A DNA stretch of 64,000 nt from an uncultured Actinomycetota bacterium (lineage in GTDB: Bacteria; Actinomycetota; Actinomycetes; Mycobacteriales; CADCTP01): contig CAVSMA010000002.1 in NCBI GenBank assembly GCA_963728945.1, positions 1,250,723 to 1,314,722 of the forward strand, given 5' to 3'. The notes under the pieces were generated by a model. It was not told where the DNA came from, did not search any database, and saw only the letters and a program-made list of their open reading frames with translations. Both the position numbers and the translations under genes were made by a program. Each line of letters begins with the position of its first letter. The first letter of the stretch is position 1. Of the stretch, positions 28,523-35,759 are shown piece after piece.

Positions 28523-28738
28523 ATGCCCGCGCTGACGAGGCTCATGCCGACGAGGCACTGCCCGTGCTGCGGGGACGAGCGAGCCTTCGAGACACCGCCG
28601 TGCCCGGACGGCCACGGCCCGGAGTGCGCCGAGCTGGCCTGCCGGGACTGTGGCACCGCGCTGCTCGTCGACCCGTACGCTCCCGCCGCCCGGCCGGCGC
28701 CCCGTCCCACCCGCCACGCGCTCGGCGCGGCGGCCTGA
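28523..28738 (+). CDS. small Cys-rich (zinc-ribbon-like) hypothetical protein
   Basis: ATG 28523 follows GAGGAGG. 71 aa containing HCPCCGD...CPDGHGPEC...CRDCG. Confidence 0.45.
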   Translation: MPALTRLMPTRHCPCCGDERAFETPPCPDGHGPECAELACRDCGTALLVDPYAPAARPAPRPTRHALGAAA

Positions 28739-28753
28739 CCGGCCGGCGGTCCG

Positions 28754-29344
28754 GTGTCGGCGACCATGCCCGAGCGCAACCTGCCCCGGCCCCGGGGACG
28801 GGCGCTGGCACCGGCGGAGTTCGCCGCGGCCGTGCGCAGCCTGGCGGTCGCGCGGGTGCGGGACGAGGTCAGGGTCGAGGAGGTGCGGCCGCCGCAGAAG
28901 CTCGCCCCGTGGACGCACGCGCTCGCGCTGACCGTGCTGGTCGACGACGAGGAGCTGGCCACCGGACGGCTGGTGCTGCTGCACGACCCGGCCGGGTACG
29001 AGGCGTGGGAGGGCACGCTGCGGCTGGTCGGCTACGCGTCGGCCGAGCTCGACCCGGAGATGGCCGGCGACCCGCTGCTGCCGGAGGTCGGCTGGAGCTG
29101 GCTGATCGACGCGCTGGCGGCGGCCGGGGCCGAGCACCGGGCTGCGGGCGGCACGGTCACCCAGACCTCGTCGACCCGGTTCGGCGACCTGGCTGGTCCG
29201 CGCCGGACCAGCGACCTCGAGCTGCGCGCGTCCTGGACGCCGGTCGGGCAGGACGTGTCGGCGCACCTGGTGGCGTTCGCCGACCTGCTGTGCACCGCGG
29301 CCGGGCTGCCGCCGGCCGGTGTGACCGCACTGCCGAACCGCTGA
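28754..29344 (+). CDS. DUF3000 domain protein
   Basis: 196 aa. Blocks PQKLAPWTHAL, GRLVLLHDPAGYEAWEGTLRLV and TQTSSTRFGDL. Confidence 0.75.
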   Translation: MSATMPERNLPRPRGRALAPAEFAAAVRSLAVARVRDEVRVEEVRPPQKLAPWTHALALTVLVDDEELATGRLVLLHDPAGYEAWEGTLRLVGYASAELDPEMAGDPLLPEVGWSWLIDALAAAGAEHRAAGGTVTQTSSTRFGDLAGPRRTSDLELRASWTPVGQDVSAHLVAFADLLCTAAGLPPAGVTALPNR

Positions 29345-29398
29345 ACCGGCTCCGCCAGGCGGTGCCGAGCTGAACCGGCTCCGCCAGGCGGTGCGGAG
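29341..29398. repeat. 29-bp tandem duplication (2 copies, 1 mismatch)
   Basis: ctgaaccggctccgccaggcggtgcCgag / ctgaaccggctccgccaggcggtgcGgag. Copy 1 contains the DUF3000 stop codon. Each copy can form a short ggctccg/cggtgcc hairpin. Confidence 0.85.
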
Positions 29399-29405
29399 CG
29401 ACGTG

Positions 29406-30575
29406 CTAGACCGGCTCTGCCCGGAGGGCGTTCGACTGGGGCACCGGCCCGCCGTTGCCGGGGGTGCCGGGGCCGAGGACCAGCGCCGAGCGCGGTGACA
29501 GCGGCAGCCGCAGGGTCAGCTCCGTACCGTGCTCGGGCGCGGTGACCACGTCGAGGGAGCCGCCGGCCAGCCGGGCCCGCTCCCGCAGCAGGCCGAGGCC
29601 GACGTGCCGGCCGCCGCTGGACTGCACCTGGCTCGGTACGAAGCCAGCGCCGGCGTCCTTGACCCGGGCCACGATCTGGTCGCCTTCCACGGCGAGCGAC
29701 GCCTCGGCCTCGTCGACGTCGGCGTGCTTGACGACGTTGAGCAGCGCCTCCTGGAAGAACCGGTAGACCGTCACCGCCGACACCAGCGGCAGCGGGTACG
29801 CCTCCTGCGGCCAGTTCAGCCGAACGGTCACCAGGTAGCGGGCGGCGAACTCGCGCCGCAGTGCGCCGACCGCGGAGGCCAGGTCGCCGTCGCGCAGCTC
29901 GGCCGGGCGGGTGCGCGCCATCACGGCGCGGACCTGCTCCTCGGCGTCCTCGACCAGCTCCCGGACCCGCTCGTCCTTGGCCGGGTCGGGATGCTGCGGG
30001 TCCGAGTCGGCGAGCAGCGCCCGGGCGGCCGCCAGCGACTGGGCGACCGTGTCGTGCAGCTCGGCGGACAGCTGGCCGCGGGTGGCCTCCTCGGCCGCGA
30101 CCAGGCCGGACAGCAGCTCGAAGACGCCGGCACTGGTCTGCTCGGCGGTGCGCCGGGACTGCTCGGCGACCTCGTCGGCGACCCTCGCCCGCAGGTGCAG
30201 CGCGTCCAGGACGCTGGCCAGCTCGGCGAACTCGGTGGTCGCCCCGACCAGCCGCGGGGTGCTGACCCCCGCCCGCAGCGAGGGGTCGCGCAGCCGGCGG
30301 ACCGCGTCCGCGTGCAGCTCGCGCATGCCGGCGGTGACCCGGCGGGTCCAGAACACGGCCAGCGCGACCAGCAGCAGGCCGACCAGCAGGCCGGCGCCGA
30401 GCGCGAGGTATTCGAGCCGGTCGAGCCCGCCGCGGGCCAGCACGGCCCCGACGAGCACCACCATGGTGACGACCGTCGCCGCGCCGCCGATGGCGGCCCA
30501 GGCCGCGAGCGGCAGGTTACGGCCGCGACGGATCACGGACCGACGGCGTCCTCGAACCGGCCGGTCGTCGTCCAC
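29406..30575 (-). CDS. sensor histidine kinase, HisKA_3 type, no extracytoplasmic sensor domain
   Basis: 389 aa. Two TM segments are separated by a loop of about 9 residues (RGGLDRLEY). H-box LSAELHDTVAQ. HATPase_c blocks NVVKHA and GAGF...GLGLLRERA. Confidence 0.8.
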   Translation of the reverse strand: MDDDRPVRGRRRSVIRRGRNLPLAAWAAIGGAATVVTMVVLVGAVLARGGLDRLEYLALGAGLLVGLLLVALAVFWTRRVTAGMRELHADAVRRLRDPSLRAGVSTPRLVGATTEFAELASVLDALHLRARVADEVAEQSRRTAEQTSAGVFELLSGLVAAEEATRGQLSAELHDTVAQSLAAARALLADSDPQHPDPAKDERVRELVEDAEEQVRAVMARTRPAELRDGDLASAVGALRREFAARYLVTVRLNWPQEAYPLPLVSAVTVYRFFQEALLNVVKHADVDEAEASLAVEGDQIVARVKDAGAGFVPSQVQSSGGRHVGLGLLRERARLAGGSLDVVTAPEHGTELTLRLPLSPRSALVLGPGTPGNGGPVPQSNALRAEPV

Positions 30576-32002
30576 TCCGCCTCGGTTCGGGCCGGGACCG
30601 AGCCGGCGGAGGTCAGCTCCGGACCGGCGACCGCCGTCTCACTGGCCAGCGCGATCGCGCCGAGCAGCGAGGCCACCGCCCGCTCCACCGAGTAGAGCTC
30701 GGCGACGATCTCGTCCACCGCGTCCGGGCCGTCGTAGCGGGTCGCGAGCCGGGACAGCCGGTGCGCGGACTCCCGCAGCACGGCCAGCGCCGGCACGGTC
30801 TCCTGGGAGACCTCGCCGAGCACCCGGTTCGCCGCCCCGTACGCCTCGGCGCGGCCGAGGGCCTCGTCCCGGCGGGCGGCCAGCTCGGCCACCGACAGCC
30901 ACGACTCGGCCTGCCGCACCAGCACCTCGGCCAGCTGGGTGTCGGCCCGGCTGAAGGTGGCCGCCTTCGCCGGCCGGTAGGCGATCAGCACGGCCTGCGG
31001 GCGCTCCGGGTCGCCCAGCACCGCGGAGCAGTAAGGCCGGTCTCCGTCCTGGCCGGTGAACACCCCGCGCGCGGCCAGCGCGCGCAGCACCCAGGGAGCG
31101 TCCATCACCTCGGCGTCGACCCGGACCCGGGAGATCACCCCGGTGTCGTCGCCGACGTAGCGCAGCAGGCCGTCCGGGTGGTGGACCAGCATCTCCACCT
31201 CGGCGGCGCCGAACAGCTTGGCCGCGGCCTTGACGACGACCTCGGCCGACGCATCCGCCGAGCCGCCCACCTGCTCCTGCCCGCGGGCCAGCTCCGCGTA
31301 CAGCGTGGCCTCCGAGGCGCGCTGCGTCTGCTGCCGGTAACTCCACCAGAGCAGACCGAGCGGAACGATCAGACCCAGCAGACCAGCCGGTGCGTTCACG
31401 GCGAGCCAGGCGCCGAGCAGGCCGAGGGAGGCGGTGCCGGCGAAGTGGATCATGCCGAGCGGGCCGCTCAGCGTCAGCACCCGTCCGTACGACTGATGGG
31501 TGGTGAGCGCGACCGGCACGGAGACGAGCAGGTGGTTGATCGCGTAGATCGTCAGCAGGCCGGCGCAGGCAGCGAGGAGCCCTCCGCCGAACGCCAGGGT
31601 GACCAGGACACCGGCCGCAACGCTGAGCGAGTGCATCGCCAGGTTGAAGCGCAGCTTGAACCAGGAGGTCCTGGCCTGCGCGAGTCCGACCCCGATCACG
31701 TAGGCGATCGGCAACCACGCTCCGGGGGCGAGCACGAGGCCGACCGCGATGAACGCGTCGTTGAGGGCGAAGACGAAGGCTTGCCTACCGACCACGAGGC
31801 GGACCGAGGCGCGTTCTGCGCCCAGGACCGCGAGGGTCATCAGCGGAGGTGCCCACCAGGCGGGCGAACCCCACCCCGCGAGGAGGCAGAGGAGGACAGC
31901 AAGAACCGCACTGAGTGCGGCAACGGCGGTGATCCATGATCCGGGTCGTCTCCCGCCGTTGCGGATCTCAGCGCGGAGTCGAGGGGCCCGAATCAGCCCC
32001 AT
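30533..32002 (-). CDS. polytopic membrane protein with a cytoplasmic GAF-like domain
   Basis: ATG 32002, 489 aa. About 7-8 hydrophobic segments come first. A soluble region with a GAF-like pattern follows (AAKLFGAAEVEMLVHHPDG...AVLIAYRP...FSRADTQLAEVLVRQAE). Its 3' end overlaps the kinase start by 43 nt. Confidence 0.6.
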   Translation of the reverse strand: MGLIRAPRLRAEIRNGGRRPGSWITAVAALSAVLAVLLCLLAGWGSPAWWAPPLMTLAVLGAERASVRLVVGRQAFVFALNDAFIAVGLVLAPGAWLPIAYVIGVGLAQARTSWFKLRFNLAMHSLSVAAGVLVTLAFGGGLLAACAGLLTIYAINHLLVSVPVALTTHQSYGRVLTLSGPLGMIHFAGTASLGLLGAWLAVNAPAGLLGLIVPLGLLWWSYRQQTQRASEATLYAELARGQEQVGGSADASAEVVVKAAAKLFGAAEVEMLVHHPDGLLRYVGDDTGVISRVRVDAEVMDAPWVLRALAARGVFTGQDGDRPYCSAVLGDPERPQAVLIAYRPAKAATFSRADTQLAEVLVRQAESWLSVAELAARRDEALGRAEAYGAANRVLGEVSQETVPALAVLRESAHRLSRLATRYDGPDAVDEIVAELYSVERAVASLLGAIALASETAVAGPELTSAGSVPARTEAEWTTTGRFEDAVGP

Positions 32003-32124
32003 GAAATTCCGTCTGTGGCTCCTGGGCGACCCAGGTCCACTGCTCCAGCGGCGTCTGCTACGCCGATCGCGATTCCGGATGCGATCGCGATGAGGATCAC
32101 CGCTCGTACGAGACGCTTGCGCAT
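31993..32124 (-). CDS. candidate 43-aa small ORF with a signal-peptide-like N-terminus
   Basis: Not in the ORF track (too short). GGGAGAGAG lies 3 nt before ATG 32124. Product: MRKRLVRAVILIAIASGIAIGVADAAGAVDLGRPGATDGISWG. Its last codons overlap the next gene's start by 10 nt (tcATGgggcTGA). Caveat: GC3 is only about 60%, well below neighbouring genes. Confidence 0.3.
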   Translation of the reverse strand: MRKRLVRAVILIAIASGIAIGVADAAGAVDLGRPGATDGISWG

Positions 32125-32435
32125 CGCTCTCTCCCATTCCCGGGCCACCCCCCGCGGATCCAGGCGGATCAGGCGGCACAGTATCGGGTGTCACCAAATT
32201 TCGCGCGGACAACACCTGATCTTGCGCAGCTTCCCACCAGAATACCCCGAAGGGAGTAGCGTGCGCAGTACCGTGCACGGCAGGCTGTGCCGGTGATGTC
32301 GGCCGACCAGCGGCATGCAGGTGTCGAAGCGTGGCCCCCGCCGCGCTCGGCGGACGGGCCACGGGAGGGCACGGCGTGACCATGGAGGGCACGAGAGGGG
32401 CGGACGTGACCGCTTTGCAGGCCACGGCAGGGACG

Positions 32436-33095
32436 ATGGAAGGAGCCGGGCCGGCGACGGCGCAGCGCTTCACCGCGCTGGTTGTCGACGACCACCCGCT
32501 GCTGCGCGAGTCCATCGTGACCAAGCTGCGTTCGATGGGTGCCGCAGAAGTCTACGAGGCGGCCAGCGTGGCCGAGGCCCGAGCCCGGGCGCACGCTTCC
32601 GGCCCCTGTGACCTGTGCATTCTCGACCTGGGACTGCCCGACGGCAACGGCCTCGACCTGCTCGGCGAGCTGCGCAACTCGGGCTGGCCGCGGCTGGTGG
32701 TGCTGTCCGCCGCCGACGATCCCTACTCGGTGCGCGCCGCCTTCGTCGCCGGCGCCCAGGGATACCTGCTCAAGTCCGCGTCGCCGTCGGTCGTCTCGGA
32801 CGGGGTGCGCCGGGTGCTCGACGGCGGGGTCTACGCGGACCCGTCGGTCGCCTCGCTGTTGGCGGCCGGGCTGCGCGGCGGCCCGAGCGAGAGCGGCGTC
32901 GCCGACCTGTCGGCGCGCGAGATCGAGGTGCTGCGCCTGGTGGCGGACGGCAAGTCCAACAAGCAGATCGGTGAGACGCTGAGCCTGTCGGCCCTCACCG
33001 TGAAGAGCCACCTGGCCCGCATCGCCCGCAAGCTGGGCACCGGCGATCGCGCCGAGATGGTCGCCCTCGTCATGCGCGCAGGCATCATCCGCTGA
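32436..33095 (+). CDS. NarL/LuxR-family response regulator
   Basis: Receiver domain LVVDDHPLLRE...ILDLGLPDGNG and HTH block LSAREIEVLRLVADGKSNKQIGETLSLSALTVKSHL. The start is either ATG 32436 (AGGGA SD) or ATG 32382. Confidence 0.8.
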   Translation: MEGAGPATAQRFTALVVDDHPLLRESIVTKLRSMGAAEVYEAASVAEARARAHASGPCDLCILDLGLPDGNGLDLLGELRNSGWPRLVVLSAADDPYSVRAAFVAGAQGYLLKSASPSVVSDGVRRVLDGGVYADPSVASLLAAGLRGGPSESGVADLSAREIEVLRLVADGKSNKQIGETLSLSALTVKSHLARIARKLGTGDRAEMVALVMRAGIIR

Positions 33096-33121
33096 CCGAC
33101 GATCCGCACGCCGCCGCCACC

Positions 33122-34471
33122 GTGACCGAGCCGCCGGCACACGGGGCCGAGTCGGCGACCGCGGATCCCGGCAGGTCATCAAACGGAGCGACCCCCGCCC
33201 TCCTGCCCGGCTCGAGCCTCACCCCGGCCGCCGAGCCTGCCACCGCCCCGGAGCGGGTGCCGGTGCCGCTGGTCGAGCCGCGCGAGGGCGTCCCGGAACC
33301 GGTCACCACCCCGGCGGAGCTGGCCGCCGCTGTCGCCCGGCTGGCCTCGGGCGCCGGCCCGGTCGCCGTCGACGCCGAACGCGCGTCCGGCTACCGCTAC
33401 GGCCAGCGGGCCTACCTGGTGCAGCTGCGCCGGCAGGGTGCCGGCACGGTGCTGATCGACCCGGTCCCGCTGCCGGACCTGTCCGCCCTCGGCGCGGCGA
33501 TCGAGGACGTCGAGTGGGTGCTGCACGCGGCCAGCCAGGACCTGCCCTGCCTGGCCGAGCTCGGCATGCACCCGCACACGATCTTCGACACGGAGCTCGC
33601 CGGCCGGCTGCTCGGCTACGAGAAGGTCGGCCTCGGCGCGATGGTGGAGAGCCAGCTCGGGCTGACCCTGGAGAAGGGCCACTCGGCCGCGGACTGGTCG
33701 ACCCGGCCGCTGCCGCACTCGTGGCTGACCTACGCCGCCCTCGACGTCGAGGAGCTCGTCGAGCTGCGCGACCTGCTCGAGGACCAGCTGCGCAGGGCCG
33801 GCAAGCTGGAGTGGGCCCGGGAGGAGTTCGCCGCGGTGGCCGCCGCTCCCCCGCCGGCGCCGCGGGCCGAGCCGTGGCGGCGTACGTCCGGCATCCACCG
33901 GGTGCGCGGCCGCCGGGCGCTGGCCACCGTGCGGGCCTTGTGGGAGGCCAGGGACGCGCTCGCCCGCCAGCGCGACATCGCCCCTGGCCGGGTGCTGCCG
34001 GACAGCGCGATCGTCGCCGCCGCGACCGCCAACCCGGCGACCGCGGAGGAGCTCGCCGCGCTGCCGGTGTTCTCCGGCCGGCAGCAGCTGCGCCAGCTGC
34101 GGCGCTGGTTCGGTGCGGTGGCCGCGGCCCGGGCGCTGCCGGACGCCGCGCTGCCGCTGTCGGCGGTGCCGAGCGACGGCCCGCCGCCGCCGAACCGGTG
34201 GGCCGACCGGGACCCGGACGCCGCCGCCCGGCTGGTCGCCGCCCGGGCCGCGCTGGCCGACCTGTCCGCCCGGCTGTCGATCCCGGTGGAAAACCTGCTC
34301 ACCCCCGACCTGGTCCGCCGGCTGGCCTGGTCGCCGCCGGACGACTCGAGCCCCGCCGGGATCGGCGCGGTGCTCGCGGCCGGAGGCGCCCGGCACTGGC
34401 AGGTCGAGCTGGCCGCGCCGGTGCTCGCCGATGCGGTGAAGGCCACGGCGAGCGTAGTTACCGACCAGTAG
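33122..34471 (+). CDS. rnd: ribonuclease D-like 3'-5' exonuclease with HRDC domain
   Basis: 449 aa. DEDD blocks VAVDAERASGYRY, HAASQDLPCL and YAALDVEELVEL. HRDC-like block LWEARDALARQRDIAPGRVLPD. Confidence 0.8.
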   Translation: MTEPPAHGAESATADPGRSSNGATPALLPGSSLTPAAEPATAPERVPVPLVEPREGVPEPVTTPAELAAAVARLASGAGPVAVDAERASGYRYGQRAYLVQLRRQGAGTVLIDPVPLPDLSALGAAIEDVEWVLHAASQDLPCLAELGMHPHTIFDTELAGRLLGYEKVGLGAMVESQLGLTLEKGHSAADWSTRPLPHSWLTYAALDVEELVELRDLLEDQLRRAGKLEWAREEFAAVAAAPPPAPRAEPWRRTSGIHRVRGRRALATVRALWEARDALARQRDIAPGRVLPDSAIVAAATANPATAEELAALPVFSGRQQLRQLRRWFGAVAAARALPDAALPLSAVPSDGPPPPNRWADRDPDAAARLVAARAALADLSARLSIPVENLLTPDLVRRLAWSPPDDSSPAGIGAVLAAGGARHWQVELAAPVLADAVKATASVVTDQ

Positions 34472-34492
34472 CTTCCGCGCTAGAGTGGCGGC

Positions 34493-35695
34493 ATGACGCG
34501 CTCGCTCAGGGACGCGGTCTTCGTCGACGGCGCCCGCACGCCGTTCGGCAAGGCCGGTCCACAGGGGATGTACGCGGAGACCCGCTCGGACGACATGGTC
34601 GTCGCGGTGATCCGCGAGCTGCTGCGCCGCCACCCCGAGCTGCCGCCGGAGCGGATCGACGAGGTCGCGATCGCGGCCACCACCCAGACCGGCGACCAGG
34701 GCCTGACGATCGGCCGCAACGCGGCCATCCTGGCCGGGCTGCCGACGAGCGTGCCGGGCTTCGCGATCGACCGGATGTGTGCCGGGGCGATGACCGCGGT
34801 CACCACGGTCGCGTCCGGCATCGCGTTCGGGGCGTACGACGTGGCGATCGCCGGCGGCGTCGAGCACATGGGCCACCACCCGATGGGCCAGGGCATCGAC
34901 CCGAACCCGCGGCTGGTCGCGGACAAGCTGGTCGACCCGTCGGCGATGGTCATGGGCAGCACCGCGGAGAACCTGCACGACCGGTTCCCGGCGCTGACCC
35001 GCGAGCGGGCCGACGCGTTCGCCGCCGCGTCGCAGCAGAAGCTCGCCAAGGCGTACGCGGACGGCAAGGTGCAGCCGGACCTGGTGCCGGTGGCGACCCG
35101 CTCGGCCGAGCACGGCTGGGGGCTGGCGACCAGGGACGAGCCGCCGCGGCCGGGCACCACGGTCGAGGCGCTGGCCGGGCTGACGACGTCGTTCCGGCCG
35201 CACGGGCGGGTCACCGCCGGCAACGCGGCCGGGCTCAACGACGGCGCCACCGCCTGCCTGGTCGCCGGTGCCGACGTCGCCGCCGAGCTCGGGCTGCCGG
35301 CGAAGATGACGCTGGTCGGCTACGGCTTCGCCGGCGTCGACCCCGAGGTGATGGGCGTCGGGCCGATCCCGGCGACCGAGAAGGCCCTGCGCTCCACCGG
35401 ACTGTCCATTGAGGACATCGGGCTGTTCGAGCTCAACGAGGCGTTCGCGGTGCAGGTGCTGGCGTTCCTCGACCACTACGGGATCGCCGACGACGACCCG
35501 CGGGTCAACCAGTACGGCGGGGCGATCGCGGTCGGCCACCCGCTGGCCTCCTCCGGGGTGCGGCTGATGACCCAGCTCGCGCGGCAGTTCGCCGATCACC
35601 CCGAGGTGCGGTACGGACTGACCGCGATGTGCGTCGGCTTCGGCATGGGCGGCGCGGTCATCTGGGAGAACCCGGGATGGGAGGGACGCGAGTGA
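34493..35695 (+). CDS. fadA: acetyl-CoA C-acyltransferase (thiolase)
   Basis: 400 aa. Active-site blocks DRMCAGAM, NEAFA and GGAIAVGHPLASSG...CVGFGMG. Confidence 0.9.
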   Translation: MTRSLRDAVFVDGARTPFGKAGPQGMYAETRSDDMVVAVIRELLRRHPELPPERIDEVAIAATTQTGDQGLTIGRNAAILAGLPTSVPGFAIDRMCAGAMTAVTTVASGIAFGAYDVAIAGGVEHMGHHPMGQGIDPNPRLVADKLVDPSAMVMGSTAENLHDRFPALTRERADAFAAASQQKLAKAYADGKVQPDLVPVATRSAEHGWGLATRDEPPRPGTTVEALAGLTTSFRPHGRVTAGNAAGLNDGATACLVAGADVAAELGLPAKMTLVGYGFAGVDPEVMGVGPIPATEKALRSTGLSIEDIGLFELNEAFAVQVLAFLDHYGIADDDPRVNQYGGAIAVGHPLASSGVRLMTQLARQFADHPEVRYGLTAMCVGFGMGGAVIWENPGWEGRE

Positions 35696-35759
35696 GCACC
35701 GGTACGACGGCCGACCGCCCGGCCCTTGTGTCCGGCGGTCTCTCCGAGGAGCGGGCACC

